Source: an uncultured bacterium
Lineage (GTDB): Bacteria > Chloroflexota > UBA5177 > JANWHV01
DNA: 64,000 nucleotides
NCBI GenBank assembly: GCA_963827235.1
Contig: CAWHAE010000012.1
Span: 960,001-1,024,000, forward strand
Reading direction: 5' to 3'
Shown here: piece by piece, positions 20,168 through 28,968 of the stretch
How the letters are laid out: every line of letters starts with the position of its first letter
Numbering within the stretch: the stretch's first letter is position 1
Made by a program: the position numbers and the translations under genes
The notes under the pieces: model-generated
Database searches by the model: none
What the model was told of the DNA's origin: nothing
What the model saw: the letters and a program-made list of their open reading frames with translations, nothing else

Positions 20168-20195
20168 ACTCTATCGTGGGCCTGCTAGTTGTCAA
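20168..20195 (-). promoter_or_regulatory. Sigma70-type promoter of the tail-collar/collagen pair
   Basis: Minus strand TTGACA-N16-TAGAGT about 80 bp upstream of ATG 20089. Confidence 0.6.
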
Positions 20196-20488
20196 CGTCG
20201 TGAGCTGCCGCAGGGTCGTGGATCGGTCTTCGTACTGGTGATGAGCCGTCGCCTTCGCGGAGCTGCATGGCCGCAACTGATTACTCTGCAATCCCGGCGT
20301 GGACACCGACTTGCGCACCCTACCCAGGGCCTTGGCAAAGAGGGCTAACCTCGACGCACGAGACTGGGGCGCAAGCATTCAGTCCACGCAGGGCAACATC
20401 GAGCAGGATGCTGCCGGCTTCCGCTCGGCGCCGGTGCCGCAGCGAGGCGCGCGGGCATACGGTAGCTCCGGCGCATCATGCAGGGAGA

Positions 20489-21235
20489 TCAGCGCACGTC
20501 GCGGGCGATGAGCGACCGGTGCACAGTATTGCCCGGTTGCCTGGGAAGCGCAGCCGCCGTCTCCGCCACTTTCTGGTAGCGCACCAGACAGCCGCCGATG
20601 CTGCCCGCCAGCACCGCCGACGTCACCACCGGTGCCGACGCACCAAGCACGTGCCTCGCGGCTTCGGCCTCGTCCAGCTCATCGCGCAGTGACTTCGCGC
20701 CTTTGTACAGGATGACCTCGCCGCCCAGGAGCACGAAAGGCAGGGTCAGCTCCAGCACTGTCGCGGTGCGTGCAACAGCACGAGCGACGCACAGATCGTA
20801 GGCCCCCCGGTGCATCGTGTCGTGCGCCAGATCCCGGGCACGGCCGCCCACCACGCGCACGTTCGCAAGCCGGAGATGGTCCCTGGCTCGCTCGAGGAAA
20901 CGCACCTTCATGGCCGTGCCTTCCAGGAGCGTGACCTGCCAGCACGGGAAGGCGATGGCCAGCGGGATACCGGGGATACCGGCGCCCGAGCCCACGTCGA
21001 GGCAGGTCCGCTCCTGCTCGACCGGCGTGCCCGGCAGAGCCAGCACGACCGTCAGCGCGTCGAGACAGTGGCGCGCCCACATTGCCGCGGCAGCGCGCGG
21101 GCCCAACTGAGTGAAGCGCCGGTTTCCGGCGAGCAGCAGCTCCGTGTAGGCCGCGAACGTGGCAGCCTGGTGCTCGTCGAGGTGAATACCGAGGGCAGCG
21201 CTGCCTTCCAGCAGGGTGCCTACGCTCTCTGCCAT
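20489..21235 (-). CDS. rsmG: 16S rRNA m7G527 methyltransferase RsmG/GidB-like, divergent paralogue
   Basis: RHCLDAL, LDVGSGAGIPGIPLAI (SAM motif), YDLCVARAVA, LYKG, LPRQPG. Confidence 0.8.
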   Translation of the reverse strand: MAESVGTLLEGSAALGIHLDEHQAATFAAYTELLLAGNRRFTQLGPRAAAAMWARHCLDALTVVLALPGTPVEQERTCLDVGSGAGIPGIPLAIAFPCWQVTLLEGTAMKVRFLERARDHLRLANVRVVGGRARDLAHDTMHRGAYDLCVARAVARTATVLELTLPFVLLGGEVILYKGAKSLRDELDEAEAARHVLGASAPVVTSAVLAGSIGGCLVRYQKVAETAAALPRQPGNTVHRSLIARDVR

Positions 21236-21483
21236 CGGACGGATCTCCCCACCACACACGGGGCCGGCATGCCGCGTGTCCGGCCCGCGGCGATGCTGCC
21301 GCGCTGATAGGGTACACCGGACGCGATGGGAGCGTTGCAAGTCGTCTGCCACTTCGGTGGCGGCGTTGCAACCGAGGCCTCCCGGCGCGAGTGCCGGCCC
21401 GCGCCGGGAGGCCAACGGGAGGCGACATAGGCGAGGCGGCCAGCTCGGGCACCGCGCCCATCTGCAGCGGCCAGCGAGCGTAG

Positions 21484-22119
21484 TTAGTACCGCGACACGA
21501 CGAATGAGCCGGAGAAGTCGGGGGGCGCCATGGAACCGTAGTTCGGCATTTCATCCTTGTAGTACCCCGGCTGCGCTTCAATCGCCCAATAGTCTATGGG
21601 ATACGGGCCTCCCGCCCAGTCGGGACGGAACGGATTGTGCACCTCGCGCACGGTCTTGGCGCCATAGAAGGTCATCCATTCCTCGGCGAGTATGAACTCC
21701 GGCACGGCGTTACTCTGGTCGAAGTGGCCTGTGCCGTGCGTGGTGACGTGGCAGGTGCCCTGCAGCAGCTTGCTGGTGAACAGCCGGGCGTTGCACTGGG
21801 GACTGACCCCGCTGCTATCGGCCACAAACGTCTCCTCGGCCTTGAACGTGACGCGCTGGCCGGAGGCATCGCTCACAATATCCATGGTGATAGCCGTCGT
21901 CACCTTCTGGGTTGGCAGCGTTGTGCGGAAATTGGCGTCCGTGAGGCCCCACCGCCAGTCGCCCAACGTGAGGGATGGGTCGTCCACCCACATGCCCTGG
22001 AAGACCCAGTGACCTGCCAGGCTCTGGCTTCCGGTCGCCGCGTGGATGTGCACCGGCACTCCCGCCGCCAACGACGAGACCAGCATGAGACCAATCGCCA
22101 GGTAACGATGTGCACGCAT
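21484..22119 (-). CDS. Secreted hypothetical protein
   Basis: AAAGGAG RBS, signal peptide MRAHRYLAIGLMLVSSLAA, a beta-rich body and a Cys pair. Confidence 0.7.
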   Translation of the reverse strand: MRAHRYLAIGLMLVSSLAAGVPVHIHAATGSQSLAGHWVFQGMWVDDPSLTLGDWRWGLTDANFRTTLPTQKVTTAITMDIVSDASGQRVTFKAEETFVADSSGVSPQCNARLFTSKLLQGTCHVTTHGTGHFDQSNAVPEFILAEEWMTFYGAKTVREVHNPFRPDWAGGPYPIDYWAIEAQPGYYKDEMPNYGSMAPPDFSGSFVVSRY

Positions 22120-22149
22120 GTTCGTCGCTCCTTTGCGCGCTACTATCGC

Positions 22150-22677
22150 TCATTGGGCGTTGCCGCGGTCGGCGAATATCTTTCTTGCATTCATGGTGAC
22201 GATTGGCAGCACGCTCGTGCCATCAGGCAATACCAGCGATGTCAGCATCGCCCGCATCTCACTCGCGTTGTCCACGATCACCACCGCCCAAGTCGCCGTG
22301 CGAAGCAACGTGCCCGACTGGTCGTAGAGGCGGACCGCTAGTGTGCCGGTGCAGTCGGAATTCACCGTGCTGGTGCCCTTGATCGTGTTCGCGGCGATGC
22401 TGCCGCCCACGCTGGCGGTCTGCGTGCCCGACACATTACCCTGGGCATCCCAGTTGGTTCTGCCGACGGCCGCGAAGAGGACCGCGCCGGTCGGCCGGAT
22501 GAGCGTGCCGGTGAGGCTGTGTCCCCACGCTCCTGCCACGGCGGCGTTTGAGCACGTGCCGGCACGCTGGCCCCGAGCCTGAGCGGGCGTTCGCGCTCCC
22601 GCGGGAGCCCCAACCGCCGCCACCCCTAGCAAGAGCGTGGCGACGAGACAGCATATCCGCACAGCATTGCGCTTCAT
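22150..22677 (-). CDS. Secreted small beta-barrel-like hypothetical protein
   Basis: GGAGG RBS, signal peptide and CSNAAVAGAWG...GTSTVNSDCTGT. Confidence 0.75.
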   Translation of the reverse strand: MKRNAVRICCLVATLLLGVAAVGAPAGARTPAQARGQRAGTCSNAAVAGAWGHSLTGTLIRPTGAVLFAAVGRTNWDAQGNVSGTQTASVGGSIAANTIKGTSTVNSDCTGTLAVRLYDQSGTLLRTATWAVVIVDNASEMRAMLTSLVLPDGTSVLPIVTMNARKIFADRGNAQ

Positions 22678-23077
22678 GGATGTCCTCCATTTCCATCATC
22701 GTGGTGCTAGGCTGATGAACCACAGACTCGGGCCGATACCGCGCCGACGGCGCCGGCCCTTTTCCTTGGCCCTGCGTGCTGCCCTCCTTCCTGGCACTCC
22801 CGATAGAATCGCGAGTGTCTCTAGGTGCAGGTGGCCCAACCGCACCGTACCGTGCGCCTCCCTGGACCCCGCCGTCCGGCCTAAGGGCGCTCTACTTCGC
22901 CCAGCCACAGCGCGTCGCCGACCGCCGCGGGCGCACCCTCCGGCCGCCCGGCGCGGCGGTTTCCTGCGGGAGCGGGACACATCCGGGTCCGCCCACGGCG
23001 CTTCTTCCGGCGAGACGGCAGGCCGCGAGGAGCCTCGCCCTTCCCTCCAGAGTGCGCCTGGCCGGTGACGCACACCA

Positions 23078-23140
23078 GGCACAGCAGCGGCACAATGGCG
23101 GAACAACTCCGGCACAGTGCCTTTGCCGGCGTGCTATGAT
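23078..23140 (+). promoter_or_regulatory. Four heptamer direct repeats with an 11-bp period, plus a -10 box
   Basis: GGCACAG 23078, GGCACAA 23089, GGAACAA 23100, GGCACAG 23111; TGcTATGAT extended -10 (TATGAT 23135-23140). Confidence 0.72.
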
Positions 23141-23190
23141 GGTGCCGGCAGCGGGAGCAAGGCGGTGCCGTAAAGCGCGGGTAGGGTGCG

Positions 23191-26100
23191 ATGGCTGGCA
23201 CAGTCCCGCAGGTGTTTGGCAGGCTGCTCCGAGAGTATCGCTTGGCCGCCAGCTTGACACAGGAGGAGCTGGCGGAGCGATCGGGCTTGAGCGCGCGCGG
23301 GCTCAGGTACCTCGAGCAGAGCGCCCGCCACGCCCATCCGGACACGGTGCGCCGGCTCGCCGATGCCCTTGGCGTGACGCCCGCCGACCACGATCGCTTG
23401 CTTGCGGCCGCGCGTGCCTCGCAGCGGGATGCTGCAATCGCGCCGGAGCTGTGGCTCGGCCCCGTGGCGGAAGACCAACCACCGCTTGCCGGGCGGGTGG
23501 TACTGGCGCCCGCAGAACGCACGTCCTTCGCCTTCGTGGTGCATGCGGCGGAGGACGGCGCCGTGGCGGAACGCGTGCTGGCCGACCTCGCCGCACACGG
23601 CATCGCCGGCTGGGCCGATGGCGCCGAGCTCCGGCCCGGGGCGGACTTGCCGGAAGTGCTGCGGGTGGCCATGCGCGCCTGCGGCGCGGTGCTGCTCGTC
23701 GTGTCGCCCGCCACCCGTCCTTCGCGCCTCGTCGGCTTGGAGCTGGGCCTGGCCGAGATGTACGGCCGTCCCATCGTGCCCGTCTGGTCGGCAGGGGATG
23801 ATTGGCACGACTGCGTGCCGGCGGAGCTGGCCAGCGTGCCCTACGTGGACGCCCGCGGTGCACGCTATCCCGAGGCAGTCGTCGCGCTCGTGGCCACGCT
23901 GGGCACGCTGTCCGCCGGCTCTCCCATGGGGGACGTACCGCCTGCGACCCGCACGCCCCTGGTACCGCGCAACCCCTACAAGGGCCTGCGCGCCTTTGCC
24001 GAGGAGGACGAATCCGACTTCTTCGGGCGCACCGCTGTGGTGCCGACGCTGGTGGAGGCGGTGGCGGCCACCCTGGCCCCTGGCTCTGCCGCACCGGCAC
24101 GGCTGCTGGCCGTGGTGGGGCCAAGCGGCTCGGGCAAGTCTAGCCTGGTCCGCGCCGGGCTCATCCCACGTCTCAAGGGCGGCGCCCTGTCGGGGAGTGA
24201 GGGCTGGATCTATCTCGACCCGGTCCTGCCCGGCGCTCGGCCCGTGGAGGCCCTGGCCGTGACGCTGGCAGGCAAGTCTGAGCGCAGCATGCATACGCTG
24301 TGCGAGGACCTCGACGCCGACGACGCTCGTGGGCTGCACCTGTGGGCGCTGCAGCTGGTGTCCCGTCCCGAGCAGCGGGTGGTGTTGCTGGTCGACCAGC
24401 TCGAAGAGCTGTTCACCCTCACCACGGATGAGCAGGAGCGACGGCGGTTCTTCGACCTGCTGCTCACGGCGATCACCGAGCCACGCGGCCCCCTGCTGGC
24501 CATCATCACTCTGCGGGCCGACTTCTACGACCGGCCGCTGGCCTATCCGGCATTCGGCGCCCTGCTGCAGACCCGCGGCAACGTGGTGCTGCCCATGGGC
24601 GTGGCCGAGCTGCGCGAGATCATCGAAGAGCCGGTACGGCTGCCCGACGTGCAGCTGTGCTTCGAGCCCGGGCTGGTGGGCGACCTGCTGTATGAGGTGG
24701 CAGGGCAGGCGGGGGCGCTCCCCCTGCTGGAGTTTACCCTCGAGCAATTGGTTGGCCGCCGGCAGGGATCGACCCTGACCGTGGCCGCCTACCAGGAACT
24801 GGGCGGGGTGCGCGGCGCGCTGAGCCGGCAGGCCGAGGCGACGTACGCTGCCCTGCCCGCAGACGAGCAGCGCCAGCTGGCCCGCGCGCTCTTCCTGCGG
24901 CTGATCGACCCGGGCGCCACCGAGCAGGACACCACCCGCCGCCGGGCAGCGTGGAGCGAACTGACGCTGCTTGACGCCGAACGCACCGGGCTGATGCGGG
25001 CGGTTGCCGGCGCCTTTGTGGCGGCGCGGCTGCTAACCGCGAGCGAGCAGGGCGGCACGAGCCGGTTGGAGGTCAGCCACGAAGCGCTGATCCGCGAGTG
25101 GCCGCGGCTTGCCGACTGGCTGCGCGAGGCGCGTGAGGACATCCGTCTGCAGCAGAGCATCAGCGCCGATGCCGCGGCCTGGACACGACGGGGCTGTCCG
25201 GCGGACCACCTCTACCGCGGTAGCGCTTTGGAAGAGGCGCTGGGATGGGCGGCGCGGAACACGCCCAGCGCAGAGGAGCAGGCCTTCGTGGAAGCGGCCG
25301 CGCAAGCCGAGCGAGCGCAAGCAGCGGCGGAGCGGGACCGGCAGGCGCGCGAACTGGCGCTGGCGCGCGAAGCGGCTCGAGCCAACCGGCGCGCAGCAGC
25401 CCGGCTGCGTGTGCTGGCTTGGGTGCTGGCCCTCTTTCTGCTGGTCGCCGCCGGCTTGAGCGCGGTCGCCATCAACAACGCGTCGATCGCCTCGGATGCC
25501 AGAACGCGGGCGGTCGCGGCCCGCAACGCGGCGGTGGCCGAGCTCTCGCGCGAGCTAAGTCTGCGGGCCGGCACGCTCCTGGACAGCCAGCTGCAAGTCG
25601 CGCTGCTGCTGAGCGTGGAAGCCGATCGGCTGGGCAGCTCGCCGCAGACCCATGCCGACCTGCTGCAGGCGATCAACCACAGCCCCCGGCTGATCTCGTT
25701 TCTCACCACACAGACCAGCCCCGTGCTGAGCGTCGCCTTCAGCCCCAAGGGCACGATCCTTGCCGCAGGCAGTGAAGACGGCACGGTACGGCTGTGGGAC
25801 GTGGCCCGCCGGCGACTCCTCGGCCCGCCCCTCGCCGGCCATGCCGACGCAGTGAGTAGCCTGGCCTTCACTGCCGACGGCACGATCCTCGCCTCGGCGA
25901 GCAACGATGGCGGGGTACGGCTGTGGGACGTGGCCCGCCGCCGGCTCCTCGCGCCACCCCTGGTCGGGCAGACAGGCTTTGCGCACGGCGTGGCCTTCAG
26001 CCCGAACGGCAGGATCCTCGCCTCCGGCGGTGGTGCCGGCACGATCCAGCTCTGGGACGTGGCGGGCCGCCGGTCGCTCGGTCCCCCGCTACGCGGGCAG

Positions 26101-27609
26101 AGCGGATTGGTGTTTTGCCTGGCCTTCAGCCCGGACGGCTCGATGCTGGCCTCCTGCAGCCGTGCCGGCACGATCCGGCTGTGGGATGTGGCGCGACGCC
26201 GGTCCCTCGGCGCCCTGTTCGGCGGGCCCACCTTCGCGGCGCTGAGTCTGGCCTTCAGCCCCGACGGCAGGACGCTCGCCTCCGGGAGTCAGGACAGCAC
26301 CATCCGGCTGTGGGACGTGGCGAACCGGCGTGCCTCCGGCTCGGCCCTCATTGGGCACACCGGTCCGGTGTATACCGTGGCCTTCAGTCCCGACGGATTG
26401 ACCCTCGCCTCCGGGAGTCAGGACAGCACCATCCGGCTGTGGGACGTGCCGGACGAGCAATCCCTTGGTCCGCCACTCAGCGGACATGCCGGCCCGATGG
26501 ACAGCCTCGCCTTCAGCCCCGACAGCAGGACGCTGGCGTCAGGCGGCGACGACGGCGCGATTCTCCTCTGGAACGCGGCGGGCGTGGCCACGTTCAGCCG
26601 GATGCTTGCCGGGCACAAAGAGACGGTGGAGAGCCTGGCCTTCAGCCCCGACGGCACGACTCTGGCGTCGGGCAGCAAAGACGCGACGATCCGGCTGTGG
26701 AACGTGGCGAGGGGCAGGCAGGTCGGCCCACCGCTCGCCGGGAACGCGGGTTCCGTGCTGAGCGTGGCCTTCAGCCCCGGCGGCACAACCCTGGCTTCTG
26801 GCAGCGCCAATCCGGCCACCGGCGTCGCGACCTTCCACCTGTGGAACGTGCGCAGCGGCCGGCCGCTCGGCCCATCGCTCATCGTGAAGGCGGTCTCCAG
26901 CGCTGCGTACAGTCCCGATGGCAGGATCCTAGCCACCGGCAGCAGTGACGGCAGCGTCCGGCTGTGGGATGTGGCGCGCCGGCGACCCCTTGGCCCGGCG
27001 CTGACCGGGCACACCGGCCCGGTGCTCAGCGTGGCCTTCAGTAGCGACGGTCAGACGCTGGCCTCCGGCGGCGCCGACACGACCGTCCGTGCCTGGAACG
27101 TAGCGACCCGGCAATCGCTCGCTCACCCGCTCACGGGGCATACCGGCCCGGTGAACAGCGTGGCATTCAGCCCGGATGGCAGGATCGTGGCTTCCGGCAG
27201 CAATGACGGCACGATCCGGCTGTGGGACATAGCGCATTGGCGGCCGCGCGGTCCGGCGCTCACCGGGCACACTGATGCGGTGCTCAGCGTGGCCTTCAGT
27301 CCCGACGGCCAGATGCTGGCCTCCGGCAGCGCCGATGGTACCATCCGCCTGTGGGATGTGGCGAGCGGGCAGGCGCTCGGTCCGGCCCTCGCCGGGCACA
27401 TAGAGCCGGTCGCGAGCCTTGCCTTTAGTGCCGACGGTACAACACTGGCCTCCGGCAGTTGGGACACAACCATCCGGCTGTGGCCCATCGGGCGTGAGTC
27501 GCTTGCTCAGCGTGCCTGCGCGATCGCCAATCGCAACCTCACGCGGCAGGAATGGCAGCAGTATCTTGGCTACCTACAGTACCGCATGACGTGTGCGAAC
27601 GTCCCTTGA
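23191..27609 (+). CDS. XRE-HTH + TIR + STAND (nSTAND1-type) NTPase + TM + 14 WD40 repeats
   Basis: XRE: FGRLLREYRLAASLTQEELAERSGLS. TIR: FVVHAAED...VLLVVSP..SRLVGLELGLA...IVPV. STAND: RNPYKGLRAF..D..FFGR, GPSGSGKSS, LVDQLEE, LRADFY, LPLLEF, EVSHEAL. One TM segment, then WD40 repeats. Confidence 0.92.
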   Translation: MAGTVPQVFGRLLREYRLAASLTQEELAERSGLSARGLRYLEQSARHAHPDTVRRLADALGVTPADHDRLLAAARASQRDAAIAPELWLGPVAEDQPPLAGRVVLAPAERTSFAFVVHAAEDGAVAERVLADLAAHGIAGWADGAELRPGADLPEVLRVAMRACGAVLLVVSPATRPSRLVGLELGLAEMYGRPIVPVWSAGDDWHDCVPAELASVPYVDARGARYPEAVVALVATLGTLSAGSPMGDVPPATRTPLVPRNPYKGLRAFAEEDESDFFGRTAVVPTLVEAVAATLAPGSAAPARLLAVVGPSGSGKSSLVRAGLIPRLKGGALSGSEGWIYLDPVLPGARPVEALAVTLAGKSERSMHTLCEDLDADDARGLHLWALQLVSRPEQRVVLLVDQLEELFTLTTDEQERRRFFDLLLTAITEPRGPLLAIITLRADFYDRPLAYPAFGALLQTRGNVVLPMGVAELREIIEEPVRLPDVQLCFEPGLVGDLLYEVAGQAGALPLLEFTLEQLVGRRQGSTLTVAAYQELGGVRGALSRQAEATYAALPADEQRQLARALFLRLIDPGATEQDTTRRRAAWSELTLLDAERTGLMRAVAGAFVAARLLTASEQGGTSRLEVSHEALIREWPRLADWLREAREDIRLQQSISADAAAWTRRGCPADHLYRGSALEEALGWAARNTPSAEEQAFVEAAAQAERAQAAAERDRQARELALAREAARANRRAAARLRVLAWVLALFLLVAAGLSAVAINNASIASDARTRAVAARNAAVAELSRELSLRAGTLLDSQLQVALLLSVEADRLGSSPQTHADLLQAINHSPRLISFLTTQTSPVLSVAFSPKGTILAAGSEDGTVRLWDVARRRLLGPPLAGHADAVSSLAFTADGTILASASNDGGVRLWDVARRRLLAPPLVGQTGFAHGVAFSPNGRILASGGGAGTIQLWDVAGRRSLGPPLRGQSGLVFCLAFSPDGSMLASCSRAGTIRLWDVARRRSLGALFGGPTFAALSLAFSPDGRTLASGSQDSTIRLWDVANRRASGSALIGHTGPVYTVAFSPDGLTLASGSQDSTIRLWDVPDEQSLGPPLSGHAGPMDSLAFSPDSRTLASGGDDGAILLWNAAGVATFSRMLAGHKETVESLAFSPDGTTLASGSKDATIRLWNVARGRQVGPPLAGNAGSVLSVAFSPGGTTLASGSANPATGVATFHLWNVRSGRPLGPSLIVKAVSSAAYSPDGRILATGSSDGSVRLWDVARRRPLGPALTGHTGPVLSVAFSSDGQTLASGGADTTVRAWNVATRQSLAHPLTGHTGPVNSVAFSPDGRIVASGSNDGTIRLWDIAHWRPRGPALTGHTDAVLSVAFSPDGQMLASGSADGTIRLWDVASGQALGPALAGHIEPVASLAFSADGTTLASGSWDTTIRLWPIGRESLAQRACAIANRNLTRQEWQQYLGYLQYRMTCANVP

Positions 27610-27658
27610 AGTCCTTTGCGCTCAGGGTCGACGCGAGCAATTACGCAAGGGCCGGCAG

Positions 27659-28462
27659 CTACTGCAGCGCGACCCTTGTTGTGCTGCCTGGGTCGGTCGC
27701 TTGCGTGCCGAAGGCCACGTCCACGCCGTAATGCGCGGGTGCTTGAAGCAGTGTCCGCCATTGCTCCTGGTCATGGCCGAATATCACCGTGGTGTTGGGC
27801 CGCTGCGCCTCGTCGCGCAAACGCGCGACCGATGCCCGTCCTGCTTCCGGATTGAGCATCGCCCCCAACGCGTCTTCGTCCCAGTTCGCCTTCGTATACA
27901 CGGCGTCACCCGTGAACAGGAGTCGCTGCCCATCGTCGAGGGTTATCACTACCGACTGGTGGCCCGGCGTATGGCCGGGCGTGAAGATGAGGTCGATTCC
28001 GTCGCACAGGCGGTGATCGCCGCAGATCGTGTCGTACGTCACGCCAGGGGCGTCCCAGCCGGGCCAGCCGGGGCCGTTTCCTTGTCGCGCCGCTTCGAGC
28101 TCGGCTTCTTGCAGCAATATCGGCCGTCGCGTGAAGTGGGCGTTGCCTCCCGCGTGGTCGAAGTGCAGATGGGTGTTCACGACACAGGTGACATCGTCCT
28201 CGCTCATGCCCAGTGACTGCAGGCGTGACATGATCGCGTCGCCGGCGGACATGTGGGGAAAGATCTCCGCCCCTTCAGCAACGCTTCCCGTCCGGTCAAT
28301 GAGGAAGTCCGGCATGCCGGTGTCGATCAGGTATGTGCCGGCGGGCGTCTGAGCGACTAGCGCTGGGATCGGGATCGGAACGAGCCCGCTCCGGCCCGTG
28401 TTCGGTATTAGCAGGTCGAACGCTATGTCGCAGCCGCCGCATTGTACGAGAAAGAGACGCAT
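27659..28462 (-). CDS. N-acyl homoserine lactonase family metallo-beta-lactamase (AiiA/AttM-like)
   Basis: GGAGG RBS; LIDTG, THLHFDHAGG, TPGHTPGHQS, GDAVY, FGHD. Confidence 0.88.
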   Translation of the reverse strand: MRLFLVQCGGCDIAFDLLIPNTGRSGLVPIPIPALVAQTPAGTYLIDTGMPDFLIDRTGSVAEGAEIFPHMSAGDAIMSRLQSLGMSEDDVTCVVNTHLHFDHAGGNAHFTRRPILLQEAELEAARQGNGPGWPGWDAPGVTYDTICGDHRLCDGIDLIFTPGHTPGHQSVVITLDDGQRLLFTGDAVYTKANWDEDALGAMLNPEAGRASVARLRDEAQRPNTTVIFGHDQEQWRTLLQAPAHYGVDVAFGTQATDPGSTTRVALQ

Positions 28463-28622
28463 GTTTCGTAATCCTCCTCTGGCTATTCCACTCCACCTTC
28501 TCTTCCCGTTGGGCTCGGTAAGATATCGCTCACGGATGCGGCGGCCGCGCCCGGCAGTGCGGTTCTGTCCTATTGATACTACCGCGACTATAGTCGGGCC
28601 AGGGCGGAACCTGCTGGCATCG

Positions 28623-28641
28623 ACTTGCCCATTATGCAAGT
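28623..28641. promoter_or_regulatory. Palindromic operator between the divergent lactonase and MFS genes
   Basis: ACTTGC-CCATTAT-GCAAGT in an AT-rich patch, followed by TATGTT at 28646. Confidence 0.5.
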
Positions 28642-28968
28642 TCGGTATGTTCTAAGTAAGCAAATTTGTCCAAGCCGGGCGGGCAGCGAGCACGGCCGCG
28701 ACAACGGATGCTGTAGCGAGAGAGGTACCACGCGGGCCTCGCGGACATCCCGGGGGTCCGAGAAATCGACAAGATCGACGCCAGTGCGCTGACAGCCGTC
28801 TCGTGGGGCCGCTCGCGCCAACTCCTGGTAAGCCTACAGGGGTGCGTGGAAGAGGCAGGGCCGACGACGCCTCGTGGGCCATCCGGAGGCGTATGGCGGA
28901 GGGGGCGGCGATCCCGGCAGTCGCCACGAACCAACACGCCTGCCACCTGAGCACAGAAAGAGCACGAC

